Assembly: GCA_021432655.1 (NCBI GenBank)
Contig: MU271206.1
Coordinates: 62,001-126,000 of the forward strand
DNA from: Atractiella rhizophila
Lineage: Eukaryota
DNA: 64,000 bases
Reading direction: 5' to 3'
Part shown: positions 1 to 10,783 of the stretch, piece after piece
Layout: every line of letters begins with the position of its first letter
How positions within the stretch are numbered: position 1 is the stretch's first letter
Program-made: the position numbers and the translations under genes
The notes under the pieces: generated by a model
Told to the model about the DNA's origin: nothing
Database searches by the model: none
Seen by the model: only the letters and a program-made list of their open reading frames with translations

Positions 1-38
1 GGCGAGGGGCTGACTGATGCTTCTGGAGCAACGACGAA

Positions 39-528
39 GTGGTTTGGGTCTCAAAGTCCTGTGCAGTTCTCCTGCCAGGCACACAGGGCTCTGAAGGCGG
101 AAGCCTTCATCCCAAAGTCGCTGAATCCCGCGGTAAGCGTCTTCACAAAAGATTGGGGCATGTTATGCTGATTGGAACAATCCGTGAAATCAGCTCTCAG
201 TTGGAGTGACATCCTAGGCTCTCGCTCTCCACAGAAGGAGTGTCGGTACGGTCCAACCGCAGCTCCACATGCTTTAAGGAGTTGTGGTAAGTGTCTCTTT
301 CTTGCGGTGGGGCAAAAGTTGAGAGTCGGTTTTGCATGGCCAGCTTTCTCATTTACGTTCTGTCGCACACCCATCATCCCGCTGTATCGTCAATCAGTCT
401 CCCACAAAATCCACGATCGGAATCTTTCTTCCACAGACGGCGCCCCCGACACGCATTCAGTAGTTCGAGAATGTTGCAGTTTCCTCGAGATTGTTCGCTA
501 TCCCTCCTCTAGCCGCTTGTACCCTTGA
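39..528 (+). other. Possible 3' end of a spliced transcript entering from the left edge (orphan ORF or lncRNA)
   Basis: Two canonical-looking introns (GTAAGC at ~133, GTAAGT at ~287, both ending CAG) keep one frame open to TGA at 526-528. The peptide has no recognisable motif. Confidence 0.25.
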
Positions 529-834
529 CTTTGGAGATGTATACGCACACCATATTGCTTCATTTCAAGTGGCCGCCGTAGGGTGGCGCATCGCGGAATG
601 ATTCGCAGACGGTCAGTATTCCTCCAGCAAAGTCAACGTCCATGCCTGGATCGCTGTGGATATACGGATTCTCTCTCTTGCTCTGGTAACTACCCATCCC
701 TCGACTACCGTCTTCGTACAATGGACACGCCACCCGAAGTACACGTTCCTGGACAATCCCGTCCTATTTCGTGGTCCTCTGCTCGTCCCATCGAGCTTTC
801 GCTCCTCTCGAGCACTTCCGCTCACCGCGAGCAA

Positions 835-1105
835 TTCCCGTCTCGTCAACGCTGAGAGCTGCCCGTGCCTCTAAATCGACCTACCCGTCCAGTCAACGGA
901 GGAGTATCAGACTCTGAACCGACCACCTTTTCCCGTTTGGTCAGCGGTGGGAGATTCCAGAACTCTCGAAATCGACTACTTTGCCGTCTTGTCAACGGAC
1001 GGAGCCGCGCAGCTCTAAATCGACTACCCCTTCCCGTTTGGTCAGCGAAGGGAGTGCTTTGCCCTCCAAATCGACCCCTTCCGTATCTGGTCAACATGGA
1101 AGGAT
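835..1105. repeat. Degenerate tandem array of about six 43-53 bp units
   Basis: Recurring unit (Y)nCCGTNNNGTCARCG..GGAG-[7-10 nt variable]-CTCT(A)AATCGAC, with units ending at about 880, 923, 976, 1024 and 1075. Confidence 0.75.
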
Positions 1106-2523
1106 TGAAGCTTCATCTAGACTGTAGAGGACGCCAGCTTGCTCATCTTTTAGCAGGCTCCTCCACCTGATACGTTTTTGCTCTTCGCGACGGGCATTAT
1201 TTTCCGCTCTGTTCGCCTGGTTCGACGATGGCTGCAGACTTCGATTCATCTAGTCAGATTATTCGGACCATCTGCAGGCTCATCGTCCAAAGAACCAACA
1301 TCATTTGAAATACGTTCTCACAATCGGCTGTATCCACGCATCTCAGCCAGCTCATGAAGTTTCGAAAGGCGATCGCCAACCCGAAACGACCCCAACTTTT
1401 CAAGATATCGCCCGGGTCGCCACGCACGACCCTTTGACCCCCGGCTCATCTCCCACTCGACGTATTTACATTCTGATCTATTGAGGAAGCAGTCGCAACC
1501 TCGCATTGTGCTCTGGCTCAGTGATTGGTTTGGAGCCGCCTGCTCCCCCACTCTTATGAGCTACCATCCGCGTACAGTCGAAGCTAGAAGCAATAGACAG
1601 CTGTGTATGTACGAGATTGAGAACTTTGGACCTGATCTCCATGGACGACGGATGCTCTGTCAATCTGCATCCTGATCTCAGTGATGTGGTTCGTCCATCT
1701 TTTTTGGTTAGGGGAGAGTCGTTTATAGCTGACTTCCGACTTAGACTTGATGTTTCTCTCCGTCTTCTCGACATCGACAGCTTGTCCTATCACCTGTTAA
1801 CCTTACCAAAACCGACCTCCGAGTAGAATCCTGCCCGTGTTTGCGCCTGATATTACCCTCTCATGTGCGTTGATCATTGCCTACCTCTTGCAAGCTCAAA
1901 CCGATGCTCTAGGCTGAATAGGCGCCAGAACGGCTCAATAAATGCCTCAAATATAACATGGGCACCGTCGTCCTCAGACTCCTACTCGAGATTCTGCAAC
2001 TTTGAAATCCCTCACGCTCTTCAGACCGCGATGAGCAACTCCAACCTATCTTTCGAAAACTCGATCCATTTTCTCACCCCTTCATCAAAGAGACTGCATT
2101 CCCGTCGAGCGATGGAGCCGACCGTAGACTCCCGCGCGAGTTTGACGATTCGCCATCCGACGCTGCATCCTTGCTCTCTCTCTTCGCAGAGGAGTTGCGG
2201 GTCAGATCGACCCGCTTAGAAGGATGAGGGTCTTTCTTTCTTGATGGAGGCTTTGTGGGGGCATGAGATTGGGCATTGGAGAAGGGAAGTTGGAGGAAGG
2301 AAGAACGGAGCTTTCATTCTATCGTCAGGTGCCTGGTTTACTCTTGCTTTTATGGGAGAAACAGCGCTGAAATGACCCCACAGCTATCGGGCGAGAATTT
2401 GATTGTTCCTGTACTAGCCAGCGTCATTTCAGTCGGTGGTACAACATGAAACGTCATCAATTTCGGAATCTATCAGTGCCATCTGTAGGATGAAAGTCGA
2501 TTTAAGTCTCAACCAAAGTGCAG

Positions 2524-3741
2524 TCAATCTCTGTTCTGCTTCCTCCCAGCTTCATCATACTCTTTCACCTCCTCTTCAGTCAAACTCGGCCAGTTGTGGC
2601 TGAACACTTCCAAATTCTCTCTGAGCCTCTTTTCCTTATCCGTTGTCGTGACGGCAACGATGCCCTTTGCTTTGAGCCAAGCGAGAGCAACCTTTGCGTC
2701 ATGAAGCATCAGCACCTAAGATCATTGAGACAGTGAGTAGATCACACCTGTCCTTGGTTTACCTCATATCCTACCTCCCCGCTCAAGCGTTTCGCAATCC
2801 TGGCTGCAACCTCATCAATGGGCCCACCAGGGTATTTGGTAACCTATCGTTGCCGACATTTCAACAAGGCTCGCGAAGAGGACTGCAAAAACGCACGGGA
2901 GATAGAGGAGAGTAAGCCTCCCAACGGATCCCATATTCCCTGCCAAAGTCGACAGTCTCATCCTGTGTCGCGTGATTGTATCCATGGTATCTGACTTGGT
3001 TGACAGAAGGAAGGATTGAAGCGATTTTGAGAAGAGGAGTGAGATCAGTAACGTTGTAGTTCGACACTCCTATAGATCTATTCTTCGTATTAGGCACTGA
3101 AAAGAGCAGAATCAAGAACAAACCGTGCTAGACCGCGACGCCTGAGAGACTCCATTTGTGGCCAGACTTTCGTAATATCTTCGACGAGGAACGGGAAGTG
3201 GAGGAGGTATAGGTCGACATAATCGGTTTGAAGCTGTAATCGTGAGCGTACATGAGTCGTTACACCATTCTAGTGAGGCAAGAGCAGACCTTCTCTAGAC
3301 TAGCCTTCAGGTTCAGCTCCACATCCTGCCCTTGCAATCCATCGAATTTTGTCGTGATATAGACTTGTTCCCTCTTCAGACCACTAGCTTTGATAGCAGT
3401 TCCAACGTTCTCTTCATTCCTATAGAATGCTGCATTATCTACACAAGGTTTTCAGTGATGATTCTAAAGATAACGAGGACACGGGAGTGCAGACCGATGT
3501 GCCTCCATCCCGTCTTCAACGCAAGCAGCACATTATCCGTCACATTAATACCCTTCCATTCGCTTCCCACTCCGTATGCGGGGGAAGGAAGAAAGGTGCC
3601 ATCGTTCAGTTCATAGAGTGTATGAGCAGGGAAGCGTGCTTGAGCTTGTGTATAGGAATGGAGGAGTGGGACTTGAGATTGGGAGGGTAGGGGGAAGGCA
3701 ATGCCAAAGAGGGAGAGAGAGAACAGGAGGGGAGTCAGCAT
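2524..3741 (-). CDS. Aldo-keto reductase with N-terminal signal-peptide-like extension (multi-exon)
   Basis: Spliced exons give LNDGTFLPSPAYGVG...WRHIDNAAFY...ITTKF...YVDLYLLHFP...RSIGVSNY...PSVNQV...EAYSPLS. The AKR Asp/Tyr/Lys/His tetrad is present. Confidence 0.88.
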
Positions 3742-3993
3742 GGTGAAAAGTCGCAAAGAGAACAAAACCGTCTCAGATGATGAAGGATGATAAAGGTGGT
3801 GTTGGCGTGATTTCGCGCGATGCGATAATAATTCTGCTCAATTTGAATTGTTGCATCTGAGTTCGGCCCGCCTCAAATCGCGGTCGCGATAACTCTCTGA
3901 TTGATGCGGCCTATACTCCTTATTCAGTTCAGGCCACTATAAAGTCATACAAAGGACTGAACGAAATGACAAAACATGCACCATTCTGCTACT

Positions 3994-4951
3994 CTACTCT
4001 GCGACCTCACTGGTCGGAAGCCCTAAGTAGCGAATTAAATCGTCGTCCCCAACCCAATCAATTCCGGATTCCAGGATGAGACTCTGCTCCCCAAACAGGA
4101 AACCCGTCGTTAGTTTCCAATATGATCCCAAATAGCAGACTGAGGGTGAACATACCTGCAGTACGCGTTGGAGGAGCGCTTTTTTATGCACCATCAAGTG
4201 GTCATAATCTTCTTCCCTACATCAATGATCAATACACAAGTCTTAATTTCAGCTTGAGGTAATGGAAAGCAGGACATACAGTGTGCTGGGAGTTTCTCCG
4301 TTCCTTTTCTGCTTCTCCTTCGAGTCTAGCATAATCTGCAGCTCAGCGTTCACGTCGTGTTGGTCTGCAGAACAAGAGGAACATCGGTTAGACAAAAAAA
4401 AGTAGATCCTAAATAACGCAACGACGTAGGTCTCTCTTCGCTCGAGCGACTTTCATCTCCAGTTCTTTGAGCTTTTCTTCCCGCGAGAGTTTTGAGCGTG
4501 CAAGTTCGTCACGGCGTTGCAACAACGTAGCTATCTCTCTTAGTAAAATCTCTGTCACTGTTTTCCTGGTTAAGAATGAAGATGGGACTGACAACGCGCG
4601 CGCCGAAGACCCCGAGGTAGCCACAAAGCTAGTCTGTGCTCTGGCAGCTACCCATCAGCGGCTATTACACTAATTTGTATCAATGAAAAGGACGCACGAC
4701 TCGACAATTAAATCCCTCGCCAGCCGCCTCTTCAATTCTTCTACTTCTCTCTTCTCCTCATTAGACAGCGAGTTAAGTTCCATAGTGAAATTCTTCTCAA
4801 TCAAGTCTACACGTTTATTCGACAGGCGCGACAGGAGAGCATCGACGTCGGCTTGGAGCGCGTCCAACTCTGCCACTTCACTGACAGTAACATCCATTGG
4901 TTCTTCTCCACGAGGAGACATTTCAGGTACACTGGAAAGTGGAGAGCTCAT
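3994..4951 (-). CDS. CENP-H (Fta3/Mcm16)-like kinetochore coiled-coil protein
   Basis: Multi-exon coiled-coil protein ending LQSLILESGIDWVGDDDL, which matches the CENP-H family C-terminal SG(V/I)DWxxDxxL motif. Confidence 0.65.
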
Positions 4952-5002
4952 GTTTGGCAGCTGTCGCTTTGGATATGGTCGTGGTGAACTTGTAGCGTTG
5001 CG

Positions 5003-5011
5003 GTCACGTGA
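5003..5011. promoter_or_regulatory. E-box GTCACGTGA (Cbf1/bHLH-type site)
   Basis: RTCACGTG consensus about 50 bp upstream of the CENP-H-like start codon. Confidence 0.4.
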
Positions 5012-5255
5012 GCATGTATAATGAAGCGGAGCGCCATAATCTAAGGAAGTTGGTCATTATTGCAATAGTTTTGCAGCGAAGAATATAAAGTGAGTAACAC
5101 ATCTTAATTGTTCAAGCGTTCAAGGGGAATTAGGATGGGTCCAAGTTCTCTCGTCGAAGTAGTGGAAGATGATACATTCTAACACTGTCGCCAACAATAT
5201 ACACGATAATCGCTCCACATCAAGCATCGTCCAAGACGGTGCCCCAGTCCAACGA

Positions 5256-6737
5256 CTACTTATCAGTTTTAATCCTCTTTCCAATCTGTGCCTGGTAACC
5301 GGTCTTGATAGCAGTGACCGACCGTCTGGAATTACAAGTCTGGCAAGAGACGAAGAAAAGACGGTTGTCTTTCTCCAGCAGTGTATCGGGGGACTTGCAG
5401 ATCTTGCAGGTTACGTATTCCACTAGTTCCCAAACAGTCCACCAGCGTAAGATTCTGTTTATCATCAATAGTAAGACTAGAGGAGGTGACGTACGGATAT
5501 ATCGCCTCAGCACGTTCTCAATCTGTTTCCCCTGAAACCTTCCCTTAATGACAAGACTGCCGTTTCCGTCTACACTCCCAGTCGTACCCAATTCTGCGAA
5601 GAGGAATTGAATAACGTGTTCTGGGGATCGATGCATTTTTCGGCAGATCTCTCCCACATTGGTGAAGATTGATCGTTTGTTTCCTTCCTTTTGCACTTGT
5701 GGAGGAGCGAGGGTGTACTTCTTGGCGCCGGTCGTGGAGTAGGGAGAAAGATTGGGGTGTGAGAGATAGAGGGAGGTGTAAAAGCGGCCCAAAAGCTATT
5801 TTCAAACAGAGCAGTCAATCTGCATATCTCAATTTTCCCATAAAGTGGTGGGACTAACCTCGTTGTATTGATAATCGCGGTCCTCCTTTAGCCACTTCTG
5901 GTCTCTGGCAGCCTTCAAATACTCCGACATCTCCTCATCATCATCTTCCTTCTCATCTTTGCCTTCCTCTTTCCCTCCATCCTCTCCTCCCAGTGCTCCA
6001 GTGCCCGACACCCCTGAGGCTTGAAGCTCTTTCTCAAATGCATCCAGGTCGAAATCTTTCTTCTTCTTCTTAGTACTTTTCTTCTTCAGGTCTGAGAAGT
6101 CATCCTTTAATACCATACCAGGGTTAGCAAGACAGTGAAGGGGTCAAACGGGACGGCGGCTTACCTCTGCCTCGCCAGACGCCGCTGCAGCTTCCACTGA
6201 TCCAGGCTCCGACAGCCCAGCCTCCAGGGGAACATCCAACAGTACCTTTTTCTTTGTTTTCTTCTTCTTCAAATCCGCAAACTCGTCATCATCGCCTGCG
6301 CCAGAAGCCTCGGGGGCAGGTTCTGATAGCGGAGTAGCAGCGGCAGGGGAAGCGTCGTCGAGATCCAGTGCCGGCTTCTTCTTCTTCTTCTTTTTGAGGT
6401 CAGAGAAGTCATCCTCTCCTCCATCTCCTTCCACGCCCCCAGCCACTGGTGCAGCTTCAGAAGCAGGAGCTGGCGCACCATCAACCTCATCCAGATCGAT
6501 CTTCTTCTTCTTTTTCTTCTTTAAATCCGCAAAATCATCCTCTCCTCCATTGGCTTCCTCCTTATCTTTCTTCCCGTCCACAGCAGCTTCTCCATCGAGA
6601 TCAAGGACCTTCTTCTTCTTCTTCTTCTTCAAATCTGAAAAATCGTCCTCTTCAACAGCAGCGGCCGGAGTCTCTGGAGCGTCTTCTGTGACCTTTTTGG
6701 ACTTCTTCTTCTTCTTTAGGCCTTCGAAATCGTCCAT
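5256..6737 (-). CDS. SUI3: Translation initiation factor eIF2 beta subunit
   Basis: N-terminal poly-Lys boxes; [23 protein letters not shown]...[21 protein letters not shown]4 zinc ribbon CKIC...CQTC. The start may extend to 6814 through an intron. Confidence 0.95.
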
Positions 6738-7354
6738 CCTGGGCGAAGATTAGTGTGTAAGTGTTGGTTGATTGGTTCTTGCCACCCGTGACTCAGTCTG
6801 ACATTGACGGACATGTTGAGAAACACCACCACCAACCACCAACATAAAGTCAAATTAGACCTTGGCGAGAGTGAAATAACGACGAGATTGAACCGTGAAG
6901 CCGGTGGTAGAGAGGAGCTCCATTGGCAGCGAAGCTAGCAGTTATTCAATTGCAAGTGAGTTATCTTCAGGGTTATGATTGCATTATTAGGCTACTTGCG
7001 CGTTTGTCTTTTGAGCATGCTTATCATTCTAAGTCATTACTGTAATGTCACGATTATCGTGACTCCTCTGATGCTAGTCGTCTTTGCTCAACTCCGCTCA
7101 CTGCACTTCGTATATCCTGCTGCTTTAGCATTAGCATTTGATGCACATGAGGAAAAGGTGATGGCGTAATAAACCGTGAAAGTAGGCCTTACTAAAAGGT
7201 GGCACTGACGTCTCGATGTTTCACTGAGACAATGAACCATCGAGAGGAGTAGAAACGTTCTGTCCCAGTCTCTGAGGTGATATTCTGTTGTGGCGAGCCC
7301 ATAATGTGGGCCAATGACGAGCTTACATCTTGTCTCGCCAGTGGTCGTAGTTTT

Positions 7355-7379
7355 NNNNNNNNNNNNNNNNNNNNNNNNN
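7355..7379. other. Assembly gap (25 N)
   Basis: Run of N bases. Confidence 1.
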
Positions 7380-8280
7380 AGAATTTGGACACATATCATA
7401 GCCCTGTGGGACCATTCGACTTTTTAATTGGATCAAAGCTTTGACTTGATAAAGGGAAAGCAAAGATGTCGTTAGACGGCTTGAAAGAATCCTTCGTAAG
7501 TCTTTATAAAGTTCATCGGCGGCTCGTCCATTGCAAGACATGAATATTTCAATAGACAAAAAGTTCAGATTCGGTCAGAGGTGTATAATCATATAGTTCA
7601 GAAGGGTCGATGGTGTTAAATGTGACATCATTATCGCGAAAATGCTGAAGATATTTTTGATAAAAGATCGTTGTTGATTAAGAGTTCATTTAACTGAGTA
7701 ACTGCAGAACCAGTAATCAACAGAGAGTGGTTGTTCGGCAATGAAGGAAAATAGCGTACAGTCAATCTCAATATCAGAATTCCCCATCATCTCCATCAAC
7801 AGAATTATCAGATGAGTCGCTCTTTTCTAACGAGCTATTCTCCTCGGACCCTTCTGAATCATCGTCTTCCTCATCAGTTGACCCATCAAGATGGATGGCC
7901 ATGGCCCTCTGGCCCATATACCACGGATCAGAAACGTTCAATTCGCTAATTTCTTGATGCTGTGAAGGTGCTTGAGATGGGATGGCTAAAATCTTTAATG
8001 TATAATTGATTATTGGGTACTCTATATTTAATATGAAAGAAACGGAAGTACTGACCTCGTCTGTTGAATATAGATTTTCCATAGTAATATCCTCCTGATC
8101 CTCCTCCATATCCTCCTCAATCTCTTCATCCTCGATCTCCATCTCGGCCTCCTGATAGCGGAATATTGCATGCTCAACCCAAGTGTTCCTGTGCCGCCAT
8201 TGTCCCCCTCCACAACGAGCTTTGCAAGTGCACCAGCGGGAGTTCTTATTTGGTCGTGGAGGCTGTTCATCTTGCATCAT
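7380..8280 (-). pseudogene. N-terminal part of a CACTA/EnSpm (Tnp2/Transposase_21-like) transposase, cut by the gap, with apparent frameshifts
   Basis: N-terminal CTCKARCGGG...TWVEH cysteine/histidine motif, an acidic tract, then LLSLYQVKALIQLKSRMVPQGYDMCPNS. The DMCxNS(C) motif is typical of fungal EnSpm-like transposases. Single-base homopolymer indels at about 7780 and 7660. Confidence 0.7.
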
Positions 8281-10635
8281 TACTTGTACTGGATATACAT
8301 TCCAGAAAATCGACAAGTTTGCGCTGATTAAAGGGAATCAAAGTGCCTTTGTTTACATGCAGAGCGGATCCGACACAAACATCTTCAAAGAAACAACGAC
8401 CGCATAACCTTCTATAACATTTTCCTTCATTATATCATTTCTACTTTTTCTCTACTATACGTCAATTTAATATGGAAAGGCAGTGGGAACAGAATTCGGA
8501 GGAGGAGGACTATGATTTTGATGAGTTACAAGACGAGTTGGAAAATATGCAAGCAGCAAAATATTTCTGGTCTGTCAATAGCTTTTTGTTGGAACTGGGT
8601 TTTGGGGTGATGTCTCTTTCCGGTTTCCAGGTGAAGCATTCGATTCAGATCCTTTCCATTTTCTCCATACCCCAACCACACGTACGCCAACCCTTCCCAC
8701 AAGGCCATTCTTTTCTAGCCGTAATTCTTCAGCTGCAAGTACCTCATCACAACGACTACTCTCTAACTCTCCAACTCCTGATATCATCTCTCTTAATCGC
8801 TATCCCAGTCCAATCAGTACACGTGGACAAGTGCCACCAACTCTTCGGAACGCAACTGCTGATCAACTTCGTGCAGCCCGAAATGCTGCATTTCTAGTGG
8901 TGGAAATGCAGGTGCAGGGCTTGCAAGCTCAGGTAACGAATCTAATGGAGCTTCTCAGGTGGCCAGTCCCTTTTGTGTTGTATTCTTATTAACCTTTTGA
9001 GGCATAGAAACAATCAGGGATCGGCTTCTTCTAGTTCGTACCAGTTCGGTACCTCTTCTCCTGCAGGCAGTTTTCGCATCCCACCTCAGTATCAGAGCAA
9101 CTACCAGCAAAATCTGCCACCCATACCATCACGTAGATCCCTGCCGCAGGTTCAGTTCTGGACTGCTGCTGAAGTTCAGTCTTACCAGTCACGGAATCCG
9201 GGAATAGATCCGAATTTCTTTTTGCAGCATGCGGATGGAAGCGTGCCATCCAAGGCAGATCTAAACCGCATGCGCGAGTTTATTCGAACCACCCTGGAAG
9301 ACCTCTTTGTCCTCAATGAGGATAAGAGGCATGCCAACGATAATCTTTCTGCCATCCCGCCTTCATACCGCCAAATCCTTTACCATGTTGTTGCAGAGAA
9401 GTTCCCCTTCCTCTGTTATGGTGAGGATTACTTCAAACTGAAACTTCTTTGCCGGAAACAAGGATTTCAATCGAAAAGGAAGCAGAATCGTCATGCTGGA
9501 GCGAAGCAAGAGTCCATCGATGTGTTACCAAATCCTACATCAAGCCAGGTACCATCAGGTAGCAAGAAGCCGAAGCGGAAGCCGAGTGATATGCAGAGCC
9601 TACCGTTGTCCGCGACCAAGAGGGCCAAAAAGTCCAACTCCCGAGGGAGCTCTTTGCGAGATCAGTGTGTGTTTCCATCATTATAAGAACATACACTCAT
9701 CTCTATCAAACAGGGGTATTCCCCATACCACTTTTTTGCCCTCTACTGCGGCAGGCACCACGATATCACATAAGTGAGTGGGACTCAAATTTCCTGACCC
9801 ATCTGACCTGCGACAGTGTATTGGACAACAGCACCATTTCCTCAGTACCTGAGACTTACCATCAGCAACCTTTGCCATTCGAGCCACCGGTAATGGCCAT
9901 GGAGACCACACCAGGTGAGTGTGCTCTTACTTCTTGTCATCGAAACATGCTTACTTTGTTCAGCTAAACATGTCACCTCCCTCACCGGAACACCGCATTC
10001 CGCCCAATCCACACTTACATGTTTACGACCATATGACAGTATTGAACCATTGGCTGAAGCATCGTTGAATCTCCACGGTGTTGTGGCTGAAGAAGCAACT
10101 CAGATTCAGCCGCAATCAGACAATAAAGGTTCGTTATTCGGTCGGCCACGAAAATGAACACCTCCGCTGTACTGACCAGATAAGATGCTAGCCACTGATG
10201 ACACCATTCTCTCGATCGGTAATCTTGAGGATGTGGGCAATACTGCACAAGGTACATGACTCCTGCTTGATCTTCCTTTCCGAGAGAATACACTAAATGC
10301 TCTGTAGATCCGATAATCTCTCAGCATGGATTCTCTCCATCTATGGCTCGGATGCCTCCTGGTGGGTTGTGTTAGCATTCGTCATGGTAAGGTGGTTGAT
10401 AATATCATGCGTTAGCGACATCTTTGGGTACGGTGAGCTTCGGGAGCTGCCTGACACAATTGTCAACATCGCCCGTACATACGACAAAGTCAAGTTCAAA
10501 CACCTTGGCACTCCCGCCGCCTTTCCCCATAATGGACAATGTTATGAGCCTGACATTGCCAGCCCCCACAACAAACCACGTCGCCAGCCTGCCACCGCCT
10601 TCTTCCCTTACAAACCATGTTGCAAGCCTGCCGCC
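7380..10635. mobile_element. CACTA/EnSpm-type DNA transposon fragment (transposase plus divergent accessory gene), both ends missing
   Basis: Divergent pair of TE-like genes in a more AT-rich block next to a gap. No terminal inverted repeat is visible. Confidence 0.7.
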
Positions 10636-10783
10636 CTTCCCCTCGTTGACTGGGATGCTTGGTGGGCGGAGGAACAAACGAAACGGGCTTGGAAGATTCA
10701 GACGGTACGAGATGATAGGAGGGACCCGAATAGGGCCAGGAAGGAGCGTAGCAAGAAGGCTAGGGAGGAGAAGGCCGCTATGA
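8472..10783 (+). CDS. Transposon accessory protein (second ORF of the CACTA-like element), about 8-9 exons
   Basis: GT-AG introns join exons in frame from ~8631 to TGA at 10781-10783. Core PQVQFWT...FFLQHADG...VAEKFPFLCYGEDYFK resembles basidiomycete TE-associated hypothetical proteins. The exon 1/2 junction needs a 1-nt correction. Confidence 0.55.

Noticed and set aside
835..1105. CRISPR-like repeat/spacer reading of the array
   Set aside because: The repeats are degenerate, the variable parts are only 7-10 nt, there are no cas genes and the context is eukaryotic.
1150..2330. Short ORFs on both strands
   Set aside because: No consistent spliced frame or recognisable motif could be built.
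6394..6753. Poly-Phe and poly-Ser ORFs on the plus strand
   Set aside because: Antisense translation of the eIF2-beta lysine boxes.
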